Source: Chloroflexota bacterium (lineage in GTDB: Bacteria; Chloroflexota; Dehalococcoidia; Lucifugimonadales; UBA3495). From it: a stretch of DNA of 64,000 bases. Below are positions 29,723 to 37,549 of this stretch, piece after piece. The position numbers were made by a program, and so were the translations under genes. The notes below the pieces were generated by a model. The model was given only the letters and a program-made list of their open reading frames with translations. It made no database searches and was not told where the DNA came from. Each line of letters begins with the position of its first letter. Position 1 is the stretch's first letter. The stretch lies in the NCBI GenBank assembly GCA_009837355.1, contig VXTR01000052.1:8600-72599 (forward strand), written 5' to 3'.

Positions 29723-30577
29723 ATGGACTATACCAAGCGACGAGAGAATTACCGGGCCGTCCTGGCCGGGAACGTGTGCGTGCATCCCGGTTCGGTGTTT
29801 GACCCGATTTCAGCGCGGATTGCCGAAGACCTGGGCTTTGAGGTGGGCATGTTCGCCGGCTCCATTGCCAGCGGGACGGTGCTGGGCGCGCCGGACTACG
29901 TGGTGCTGACGCTGAGCGAGTTCGCCCAGCAGATTTACCGCATCTGCCGGGCCGGCCAACTGAGCCTGATGGTGGACGCCGACCACGGCTACGGCAACGC
30001 CTTGAACGTGAAACGCACGGTGGAAGAGCTGGAAGCCTCCGGCGTGGCGGCGCTGACCATCGAGGACACCACGCTGCCGATGGTGTTCGGCGGCGACGGC
30101 GGGTTCATCTCGCTGGAAGAGGGCGTGGGCAAGATGAAAGCCGCGCTGTCGGGCCGCACCGATCCCAACCTGGTGGTGGCCGGGCGCACCAGCAGCCTGA
30201 GCCTGGGACTGGACGAGTGCATCCGCCGGGTGAAAGCATACGAGGCGGCCGGCGTGGACGCGGTGTTCCTGGCTGGAGCGACCACCAAGGAACAGGTAGC
30301 GGCGGTGAACGCCGAGCTGAACATTCCGCTGCTGCTGGGCGGCGCCGGTGGCGAGCTGTCGGACAAGGCGTGGCTGGGACAGAACGGCGTGCGGGTGGCC
30401 TTGCAGGGCCATCTGTCCTTCCAGGCGTCCATCAAGGCGGTGTACGACACGCTGAAGGCGCTGCGGGACGGCGTTGCGCCGGGCGACCTGCGGGACACGC
30501 TGGCGTCGGCGGAGCTGATTGCACAGGTTACGCGGAAGGACGACTACGACAAGCAGATTGCGGACTACCTCAGGTAG
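29723..30577 (+). CDS. Isocitrate lyase/PEP mutase-superfamily protein (oxaloacetate decarboxylase/methylisocitrate lyase-like)
   Basis: 'VDADHGYGNALNVKRTVEELEASGVAALTIEDT' matches the superfamily core. 284 aa. Confidence 0.8.
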   Translation: MDYTKRRENYRAVLAGNVCVHPGSVFDPISARIAEDLGFEVGMFAGSIASGTVLGAPDYVVLTLSEFAQQIYRICRAGQLSLMVDADHGYGNALNVKRTVEELEASGVAALTIEDTTLPMVFGGDGGFISLEEGVGKMKAALSGRTDPNLVVAGRTSSLSLGLDECIRRVKAYEAAGVDAVFLAGATTKEQVAAVNAELNIPLLLGGAGGELSDKAWLGQNGVRVALQGHLSFQASIKAVYDTLKALRDGVAPGDLRDTLASAELIAQVTRKDDYDKQIADYLR

Positions 30578-30616
30578 TTGCACCAGAATTGAATCACAGC
30601 CATCGGAGGAAACATC

Positions 30617-31006
30617 ATGGCATTCGTTTGCAATCACCTGCACCTGCGCAGCGAAGACCCGGACAACGCGGCCAAGTTCTACGTGGACAACTTCGGCGCG
30701 GAGATCGTGTCCACCCGTCCCCTGTCCACCACGGTGTCGCACCAGCTGGAGCTGAACGGCCAGCCGCTGCTGACGGTGTCGGGCGAGGCCGAGGGCGAGA
30801 ACGCGGTGCCGGGTTCCACTCACCCGCGTTTCGGCTTGGACCACTTCGGGTTTGAGACCGACGACATCCAGGGGGCCTTTGAGCGGTTCAAGGCCAACGG
30901 GGCCAATATCATCTGCGAGCCGTGGACGATGCCGTCGGGGTCGCAGGTGATGTTCGTGGAAGCGCCGGACAAGGTGAGCCTGGAGATAATCCAGCGGCCG
31001 GCGTAA
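30617..31006 (+). CDS. VOC/glyoxalase-family protein
   Basis: 129 aa. 'CNHLHLRSEDPDNAAKFYVDNFG' and 'LDHFGFETDDIQ' fit the VOC pattern. Confidence 0.78.
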   Translation: MAFVCNHLHLRSEDPDNAAKFYVDNFGAEIVSTRPLSTTVSHQLELNGQPLLTVSGEAEGENAVPGSTHPRFGLDHFGFETDDIQGAFERFKANGANIICEPWTMPSGSQVMFVEAPDKVSLEIIQRPA

Positions 31007-31018
31007 AGCGCGCGGCAA

Positions 31019-31870
31019 TCAGAGGCCGGCGAAGAAGTCTGCGGGGACGACTTCGCCGGCCGCCACCGGGGGCTGGGCGCGGATGAAGTGCTCGATGCCT
31101 AAAGTGGAGGCGGTTACTTCGCGAGGCACGCGCTCGTAGGGCCAGTCAGGCTGTAGCTGGGTGAAGTGTCGCTTGATGCAGGCCATCTTGGCGTCCAGGC
31201 CGTCGGATACGTCGGCGGTGATGTGGATGGTATCCAGGTCAACGCCGTCGTTGACCCGGTCGGGGGACGGCATGGGAAAATCGACGCCGGCGGCGCGCAG
31301 GGTTTCGGCCATGTGGATGCGGAAGCCGCGAGGGCGCACGCTGTAAAAGAGACGGTCGGTTTGGTGGGGCTGGATGCCGATGGCCATGTGGTGGGGGAAA
31401 GCGGTTGCGTCGGCGGCCAGACGCAAGGCAGTAGTGGCGTGGTTGCAGATGGCGATGTGGTCGGGGTGGCCGTAGAGTCCATCCTGCCCGAAGGTCAGGA
31501 TCACCTGGGGTTTGAAGCGGCGGATTTCGAAGACCAGGCGGGCGACCACCTCATGCTCGTCGGCCTGGACGAAAGCTTTGGGATGAAAATTGTCATCCCA
31601 GCCGGCCATGCCCGAATCGCGGTATTGCAGCACCTCATGGGAAGCGATGCCCAGTTCCTGGACGGCTTCGGCCAACTCGGCGCGGCGTACTTCGCCGATG
31701 GTTTCGCGAGTAGCGGAACCGGGCTGGCGGATTTCGCCAAGCTCGCCGGAGGTGGCGGTTATCAGCCGGGCAGTTACGCTCCGCGCCGTGTGCATGGCGA
31801 TGGTTCCGCCGACGGGGAAGGCTTCGTCGTCGGGGTGAGCGAAGAGGATGAGGAGGCGATGGTCGGGCAT
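31019..31870 (-). CDS. PIG-L/LmbE-family deacetylase (MshB/Mca/BshB-like)
   Basis: 'LLILFAHPDDEAFPVGG' and 'GHPDHIA' motifs. 283 aa. Confidence 0.85.
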   Translation of the reverse strand: MPDHRLLILFAHPDDEAFPVGGTIAMHTARSVTARLITATSGELGEIRQPGSATRETIGEVRRAELAEAVQELGIASHEVLQYRDSGMAGWDDNFHPKAFVQADEHEVVARLVFEIRRFKPQVILTFGQDGLYGHPDHIAICNHATTALRLAADATAFPHHMAIGIQPHQTDRLFYSVRPRGFRIHMAETLRAAGVDFPMPSPDRVNDGVDLDTIHITADVSDGLDAKMACIKRHFTQLQPDWPYERVPREVTASTLGIEHFIRAQPPVAAGEVVPADFFAGL

Positions 31871-31890
31871 GGCGAGGCTCTTTGAGGATA

Positions 31891-31920
31891 AGGCGGGGCG
31901 AATGGCTGTTCGCCCCGCCT
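31891..31920 (-). terminator. 12-bp perfect hairpin downstream of the VOC gene (no U-tract)
   Basis: AGGCGGGGCGAA-TGGCTG-TTCGCCCCGCCT. It lies 8 nt beyond the stop at 31928. Confidence 0.4.
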
Positions 31921-31927
31921 AGACGAT

Positions 31928-32287
31928 TCAGTCGATGACTTCCAGCACTTCCAGGATGATGCCCTGCGGTCCTTCGAAGAACATGACGCGGCGGCCGCCG
32001 CCTACGGTGGTTTCTTCCAGGACGGTTGCGCCGCCGTTTTTGAGGTCGGCGACGGTGCCGTCGATGTCGGTGGTGTCGATGGCGATGTGCTCGAAGCCGT
32101 AGTTCTGCGGGTGGGTTTGCGTCTCGATGTGGTCGGTTACGTTGAGGGGCAGGCCGTGGAGGTCCAGTCGGAAGCCGCCGTTGGCGGTCTCGGCGGTTAC
32201 CGTCGCGCCGAGGTTCTGCACGTACCAGTCGGCGGTGGACTTGGGGTCGGGGGTCTTGAGGTGAACGTGGTTGAGTGAGAATGCCAT
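31928..32287 (-). CDS. VOC/glyoxalase-family protein
   Basis: ATG 32287 with AGGAGG RBS, 119 aa. 'LNHVHLKTPDPKSTADWYVQNLG' and 'FEHIAIDTTDID'. Confidence 0.78.
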   Translation of the reverse strand: MAFSLNHVHLKTPDPKSTADWYVQNLGATVTAETANGGFRLDLHGLPLNVTDHIETQTHPQNYGFEHIAIDTTDIDGTVADLKNGGATVLEETTVGGGRRVMFFEGPQGIILEVLEVID

Positions 32288-32410
32288 GGTGGAGAGCCTC
32301 CTGGTTGGGATTGTCGGCGATTGTAGCATAACGGGCCGGCGCCTTCCGACGGTGATATACTTGCGCCGCCCGATCCGGCGGATTGGCGACAACTACTCAC
32401 GGAGGCGATA

Positions 32411-33061
32411 TTGATGCTGGCATTTCTGGGAGGCACCGGGCCGGAAGGCAAAGGACTGGCGCTGCGTTTGGCCATGGCCGGAGAGTCGGTGATCATAGGA
32501 TCACGGGACGCCGGGCGGGCGCAAGAAGCGGCGGACGAGCTGCTGGCCCTGGCGCCGGGCAAGGCCATCTCCGGCGCGGTGAACGAGGCGGCGGCGGCGC
32601 AGGCCGACGTGGTGTTCCTGACCATGCCGTACAACGGAATGTCGCCGACCATCGCCGGAGTGAGCGGCGCGCTGGCGGGCAAGACGCTGGTAACGGTAAT
32701 TGCGCCGATGCGGTTTGAGCGCGGCGTGGGCGCGATTGCCGAGGAAGTGCCGGCCGGCTCGGCGGCGCAGGAAGCCCAAGCGGCGGCTCCCGACTCCAGG
32801 GTGGTGGCAGCCTTTCAGAACGTGTCCGCCGAGGAGCTGTTGAAGCCCGACGTTACGCTGGACGAGGACGTGGTGATTTGCGCCGATGATGCCGAAGCCA
32901 AGCAGACCGTCATTGACCTGACCCGCAAAATCCCCAACCTGCGGCCCGTGGACGCCGGCGCGCTGTACAACGCTAAATACGTGGAGCAGATTACGCCGCT
33001 GCTGGTGAACATAAACCGCATTCACCGGGCACATTCGGGGGTGCGGATAACCGGAGTTTAA
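32411..33061 (+). CDS. NADPH-dependent F420 reductase (Fno/NpdG family)
   Basis: 'LAFLGGTGPEGKGLALRLAMAGESVIIGSRD' N-terminus is characteristic of the family. 216 aa. Confidence 0.82.
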   Translation: MMLAFLGGTGPEGKGLALRLAMAGESVIIGSRDAGRAQEAADELLALAPGKAISGAVNEAAAAQADVVFLTMPYNGMSPTIAGVSGALAGKTLVTVIAPMRFERGVGAIAEEVPAGSAAQEAQAAAPDSRVVAAFQNVSAEELLKPDVTLDEDVVICADDAEAKQTVIDLTRKIPNLRPVDAGALYNAKYVEQITPLLVNINRIHRAHSGVRITGV

Positions 33062-33105
33062 TGCCCGTGTAGAAGCCAACGATAGAGTGATAAGGAGGAA
33101 CACCG

Positions 33106-33630
33106 ATGCCACGAGCGACACTTGATTTGCAGAATGCCGGCGACCTGTCCGCAGTGGGCGGACAGTGGAAATTTGCCTACGGGTTTGTGCCGGGGGAACC
33201 CAACGAGGGTTTCGTGAACGAGGCGGAGGGTTCGCCATGCCGGCTGCCGGATTACGACGATTCCGGCTGGGAGGCTTGCGAGGATCTGGCCGCCTGGCGT
33301 CGGCGGGGCGTGTCCTTCATCTGGTATCGCATCAAGGCCACGCTGCCGGCCACCGTGGGAGGCAGGTCAATCGAGGGCGCGCGCTGCCTGTTTGAGTCGT
33401 GCATCGACGACTACGGCGAAATCTGGATCAACGGGGAGTGCGACCGGGAGCGGGCGACGGTGCAGGGGTTCAACGTGCCGCAACGGGTGGTGGTGTCTGC
33501 CGAGCCCAAGGCCGGCGACGAGGTCAGCATCGCGATACTGGCGATGAACGGCCCGTTGGCGGCGCCGGGCGGTGCAGTGTTCGTGCGCTACGCCACGCTG
33601 GCCTTTGAGTGGCGGGAGCCGGGTTACTAG
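33106..33630 (+). CDS. Hypothetical protein with a galactose-binding-like (GH2 sugar-binding-like) domain
   Basis: 174 aa, strong AAGGAGG RBS. 'FESCIDDYGEIWINGE' resembles the jelly-roll motif of GH2 N-domains. Confidence 0.5.
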   Translation: MPRATLDLQNAGDLSAVGGQWKFAYGFVPGEPNEGFVNEAEGSPCRLPDYDDSGWEACEDLAAWRRRGVSFIWYRIKATLPATVGGRSIEGARCLFESCIDDYGEIWINGECDRERATVQGFNVPQRVVVSAEPKAGDEVSIAILAMNGPLAAPGGAVFVRYATLAFEWREPGY

Positions 33631-33935
33631 GCCAACCAGTCGTCATCCTCGTCATCGCCGGTGTCGCTTTCGTTGGATACCACCTGGCCGGGGTTGAGCT
33701 GGTAGCCGTTGGCCTCCAGCTCGGCGCGGATGGTGGCGGCGTAATCGTCGGGTGACCGGCTGACCGGCAGGGTGATTTCGACGGACCCGGCCGGCGTGAT
33801 GCTGACTGCGCCGGGATCTTCGCGGGCCAGTTCCACGCTGACGGACTCGCGATGAATGCCGAAGTCGTCGGTTACGGAGAAGACGGCGGCCATATCGGCC
33901 ATGGTGATGATGGTGATGTTGTCGTCGTCGGGCAT
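33627..33935 (-). CDS. Small acidic hypothetical protein (102 aa)
   Basis: ATG 33935, 7 nt after the stop of the thioredoxin-like gene. Asp/Glu-rich termini (MPDDDN..., ...DTGDDEDDDWLA). Confidence 0.5.
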   Translation of the reverse strand: MPDDDNITIITMADMAAVFSVTDDFGIHRESVSVELAREDPGAVSITPAGSVEITLPVSRSPDDYAATIRAELEANGYQLNPGQVVSNESDTGDDEDDDWLA

Positions 33936-33942
33936 TGATTGC

Positions 33943-34572
33943 TTACTCCTGCGGGGGCCATTGGGTGCCGCCTTCGGCAGGACGGTCGCTTGCTGACAAG
34001 GCGAAACCGTCGGCGACGGTCCGTTGAAACTCACTGAGGATGACGGCGCCCCACTCGGCGGCCTTGCCGACCCGATGGGCAGTGCGCCGGCCCCGGGTCT
34101 GCTGCCGCCTTTCGGCTTCGTCGCTGACGGACGCAGCGGCTTGGGCGACCATTTCGTCCATGGCGTCGATGGACGGCACCAGGGAGCGGGCGGTTTCGAT
34201 GAAGCGGGCAACCTCGCCCATGTTTTCGTCAAAGACCACGAAGACGGGGACGGTGCCGGCCCGGTGTTCAGGCAGGAAACTGTTGGTCAGCTCCAACTCG
34301 TCGTCGCGGTTGAATACACCCAGGCGGATGTTGTCGCTGGCGTCGGCCAAGCGCAGTATGGCCGGCGTGGTGGACATGGCGTCGCCGCACCAGTCGGAGG
34401 TGAAAATGGCCAGGTTGACGGGCTGAGCCAGGCCGTTGAAATAGTCCAGCACATTACCCGGGATCTCCACGCCGGAGTGAATCTGGAGAAATGGGTCCTT
34501 GTTGACTTTGATAATGTCGATGTACTGGTTGGTGGTCATGCCCTGGGCAAATTTTTCGGCTGACAGCGCCAT
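33943..34572 (-). CDS. Thioredoxin-like family protein
   Basis: 209 aa. 'AIFTSDWCGDAMSTTP' shows a WCxD thioredoxin-fold position with a single Cys. 'VPVFVVFD' strand. Confidence 0.65.
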   Translation of the reverse strand: MALSAEKFAQGMTTNQYIDIIKVNKDPFLQIHSGVEIPGNVLDYFNGLAQPVNLAIFTSDWCGDAMSTTPAILRLADASDNIRLGVFNRDDELELTNSFLPEHRAGTVPVFVVFDENMGEVARFIETARSLVPSIDAMDEMVAQAAASVSDEAERRQQTRGRRTAHRVGKAAEWGAVILSEFQRTVADGFALSASDRPAEGGTQWPPQE

Positions 34573-34679
34573 TGGGGGCCTCCTGGTAATGTGCTTTGCC
34601 GTTTATGTGCGGCCAGTGCTAAAATCGGCGGCGAAGTACTGCATCGCTCGCCGGCGAGCGGGCCGAACGGAGCCGCCCG

Positions 34680-35108
34680 TTGACTACTGCTACTGACCGT
34701 ACCGGAGTGTACCTTAAATACGCCCTGTTCTGCCGGGAAACCGAGGAAGGGGACGGGGATAACCTCAGTTTCAAGGGCATCATTGACCTTGTGGACATCC
34801 CGATGCCGGAGAGTCCGCCCAGCGACGATGGCCCGCGGGTGCTGTCCGAGGTGGACGCGCACCTGGCTTTCTGCATCGCGGGCGCCAACGCCGGCCGGCA
34901 CACGCTGGAAGTGTCGATACGGGCGCCGGGGGCGAGCCTGTCCAGTCCGCCGCCGCAGGAAGTGGAATGGGAGGAAGGGATTTTCTTCCAACGTTGGATC
35001 AAGCCCTTTCGCATCCCGGTAACCCGCCTGGGCCGGCACGTGGCGGCGATAGCGTTCGACGGGATGCCGCTGGGGGAGGCGAGCTTCCTGGTGCGCTTGG
35101 CGCCATGA
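34680..35108 (+). CDS. Hypothetical protein (142 aa)
   Basis: TTG start with GGAG 9 nt upstream. No family recognised. Confidence 0.45.
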   Translation: MTTATDRTGVYLKYALFCRETEEGDGDNLSFKGIIDLVDIPMPESPPSDDGPRVLSEVDAHLAFCIAGANAGRHTLEVSIRAPGASLSSPPPQEVEWEEGIFFQRWIKPFRIPVTRLGRHVAAIAFDGMPLGEASFLVRLAP

Positions 35109-35117
35109 GGAGAAACA

Positions 35118-35705
35118 ATGGATGTTCGTCTTAACCGTGAACTGAAAGCATACTGCGCAGATTTCGCGCCGGTCCGCCAGATTATACGAGACTTGGGAGC
35201 GGTTTTTGTCGAAGTCAAGGAGCAGGTGGACTGCTATTACCACTTGCCGCTGGGTAGTTCGGACGAGGGAAACCGCCGGCTCAAGCTCCGTGTCGAGAAG
35301 GGAAAAGGGGAACTGATATATTACTGCGAGCGACAGGAGAGCAACGCCCGCACCAGCCGGTTTCAACTGTGGGAAACGAACGACCTTGGGGTTGGGGAAG
35401 TGCTGGAGAGGGCCCTCGGAACCAGGGCTGTAGTCCGTAAGCGTCGGGAACTTTGGGAAAAAGATAACGCGATTTTCAACCTGGACGCGGTGGAGGAGAT
35501 AGGCCAAATTTTTGAGGTGGAGGTTCGTCAGAAAGACGGGTACGATATCGACTCCCAAGTCAGGGAGTACCGCTGCCTCTTTGAGCCTTACTTAGGCGGC
35601 TACATCCTCGGCTCCAACGAAGACCTGATTGTTGCGTCCGGATACAAGTTGCCCCAACCTGGGGAAAGAATTGCGAACCTCAGCGGAGGGTCTGATACAA
35701 GATGA
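35118..35705 (+). CDS. CYTH-domain protein (class IV adenylate cyclase/triphosphatase-like)
   Basis: 195 aa. 'RLKLRVEKGKGELIYYCERQ', 'VRKRRELW' and 'IFEVEV' follow the CYTH beta-barrel charge pattern. Its stop overlaps the next start (ATGA). Confidence 0.65.
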   Translation: MDVRLNRELKAYCADFAPVRQIIRDLGAVFVEVKEQVDCYYHLPLGSSDEGNRRLKLRVEKGKGELIYYCERQESNARTSRFQLWETNDLGVGEVLERALGTRAVVRKRRELWEKDNAIFNLDAVEEIGQIFEVEVRQKDGYDIDSQVREYRCLFEPYLGGYILGSNEDLIVASGYKLPQPGERIANLSGGSDTR

Positions 35706-37390
35706 GACTGATGAAGTCCTGCATAGCTCTTTCGACACTGCTCCTGGCGGTGGTGGCGGCCTTTGGCGCCAATGCGTCGCCGGTTGCAGCTCAAACTGCT
35801 CCCACCGAGACTCCGGGGAAACCCAAAGTAGTCGCCGGGTCTAACTCGGGCGAAGTAGTGGTCGAGTGGAAGGCCGTCAAGGGAGCGAAATATTATCGAA
35901 TTGGGTGGATTTCCAAAGAAGATAATGACGCTGCCAGAATTGGCAACCGCGACTGGCTGGAAGCGTTTACCTCCGTGAGCGTGGCTAACAGAGGGCAGAC
36001 TTCCCACACGGTTAAGCGGCCCACTCCGGGCGCGGAGTACTGGTTCATTGTGGGTAGCAGTGACCGGCGGTATGGCAATCCGCAGTGGTCGTTATGGTCC
36101 GACTTGGTGAAAGCGTCGGGAGGGCCGGAGACCTGCGCCGGCGACCGGGACGCGCTGGCGGCGCTGTATAACGCTACCGATGGCGCCAACTGGCGGAACA
36201 ATGTGAACTGGCTCAGCCGTACTGTGCCCATTGGCAACTGGTTCGGCGTATCCACCGACGGCGACGGATGCGTGGTAGTTCTATACTTGGACAACAATGG
36301 TCTGAGCGGCCAACTGCCGCCGGAGCTGGGCAGCCTGGCCAGGCTGGACACCCTGGATCTTGACGGCAACCGCCTCAGCGGGGAGATACCCGCCGAACTG
36401 GGCAACCTTACTCGGTTGACCGTTTTGTCATTCGATCACAACAACCTGAGCGGGACGATACCACCGGAGTTGGGCCGCCTCAGCAACCTCACCGATCTCG
36501 AGTTGTGGAACAACGAACTAACCGGCGAGATTCCTGACGAGATAGTCGGCCTTACCAGCCTGAGGACGCTTGATCTGGATGATAACAAGATGACCGGATC
36601 GCTTCCGGCCGCACTTGGAGGTCTTACCAATCTCGGGGCGCTATGGCTCAGCGACAATCAGTTCACCGGAGAGATACCGGCAGAGTTCGGAAATCTGACC
36701 CGACTGAACTGGCTGGGCATACACAGCAACGAGCTGACCGGAGAGATACCGGCGGAGCTGGGCAACCTGTCCAATCTGACGGTGCTAACCCTCCGCAACA
36801 ACCAGCTGAGCGGCGAGATACCGTCGGAGCTGGGAGGCATGTCAAACCTTGAGGTGTTGTACCTTTCCAACAATTGGCTGGAAGGAGCAATCCCCCCTGA
36901 GCTGAGTACGTTAGCCAACTTGAACAATCTGCGGTTGAACAGCAATCGACTGACGGGCGAGATACCGGTTGAGTTGAGCGACCTGTCCAACCTGGAGGAA
37001 CTGTACCTTCTCGAGAATGAATTGGAGGGAGAAATTCCCTCGGAGTTGAGCGAGTTAACCGAGTTGAAGGTATTGAATTTGAACCGGAACCGGTTGAGCG
37101 GCGCGATACCGTCCGAGTTGGGCGATCTGACCAATCTGGAGGAACTGCACCTGGATAACAACCAACTGAGCGGGGCGATACCGTCCGAGTTGGGGAATCT
37201 GGCCAAGCTGGAGCAACTGCATCTGGACACCAACCGGCTGACTGGCGAAATACCGGCTCAACTGGACGATCTGAATGAACTGGTGCTGCTGTACATCATC
37301 AGAAACGAGTTGACCGGGTGCATACCGGCAGGCTTGCAGGATGTGGCGCAGAATGACCTGGACGAACTACAACTGCCAATTTGTCAGTGA
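35702..37390 (+). CDS. Secreted FN3 + plant-specific-type leucine-rich-repeat protein
   Basis: Signal peptide MRLMKSCIALSTLLLAVVAAFGANA. FN3-like 'PGKPKVVAGSNSGEVVVEWKAVKGAKYYRIGW'. LRRNT-like cap 'RDALAALYNATDGANWRNNVNW...WFGVSTDGDGCVVVLYL'. Fifteen 24-aa repeats LxxLxLxxNxL(S/T)GxIPxELGxL. Confidence 0.9.
   Translation: MRLMKSCIALSTLLLAVVAAFGANASPVAAQTAPTETPGKPKVVAGSNSGEVVVEWKAVKGAKYYRIGWISKEDNDAARIGNRDWLEAFTSVSVANRGQTSHTVKRPTPGAEYWFIVGSSDRRYGNPQWSLWSDLVKASGGPETCAGDRDALAALYNATDGANWRNNVNWLSRTVPIGNWFGVSTDGDGCVVVLYLDNNGLSGQLPPELGSLARLDTLDLDGNRLSGEIPAELGNLTRLTVLSFDHNNLSGTIPPELGRLSNLTDLELWNNELTGEIPDEIVGLTSLRTLDLDDNKMTGSLPAALGGLTNLGALWLSDNQFTGEIPAEFGNLTRLNWLGIHSNELTGEIPAELGNLSNLTVLTLRNNQLSGEIPSELGGMSNLEVLYLSNNWLEGAIPPELSTLANLNNLRLNSNRLTGEIPVELSDLSNLEELYLLENELEGEIPSELSELTELKVLNLNRNRLSGAIPSELGDLTNLEELHLDNNQLSGAIPSELGNLAKLEQLHLDTNRLTGEIPAQLDDLNELVLLYIIRNELTGCIPAGLQDVAQNDLDELQLPICQ
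36272..37351 (+). repeat. 15 tandem 72-nt coding repeats (LRR units)
   Basis: Protein-level 24-aa periodicity counted by hand from residue 191. The repeats are coding, not an intergenic array. Confidence 0.85.
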
Positions 37391-37480
37391 AGGTGTCCGG
37401 CGTTAGTTGGCTCCCCTCACAACCCGGCCAAGCATGAGCAAAGGGTTGAAGAGCGGGAGGTTGCGCGTGGCTGTAATAAC

Positions 37481-37510
37481 GCAGTGGGCGAATAATCATT
37501 CGCCCACTGC
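37481..37510. terminator. Perfect 13-bp palindrome between convergent genes (likely bidirectional terminator)
   Basis: GCAGTGGGCGAAT-AATC-ATTCGCCCACTGC. Confidence 0.6.
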
Positions 37511-37539
37511 CTGGATTACGCCCGTTGCCGGAATGACGG
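37511..37539. repeat. Short hairpin repeat, copy C
   Basis: CTGGATTACGCCCGTTGCCGGAATGACGG, directly abutting the palindrome. Confidence 0.5.
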
Positions 37540-37549
37540 ATAAATTAGG

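Noticed and set aside
29810-31018. 402-aa minus-strand ORF
   Set aside because: It runs antisense to the ICL/PEPM-family and VOC genes. It is Arg/His/Gln-rich with no motifs.
34536-35558. 340-aa minus-strand ORF
   Set aside because: It overlaps three better-supported plus-strand genes (34680, 35118, 35702) and has no recognisable motifs.
36272-37351. Regular 72-nt DNA periodicity, considered as a CRISPR or tandem-repeat array
   Set aside because: The region is fully coding (LRR units) within a single long ORF. There is no repeat-spacer structure.
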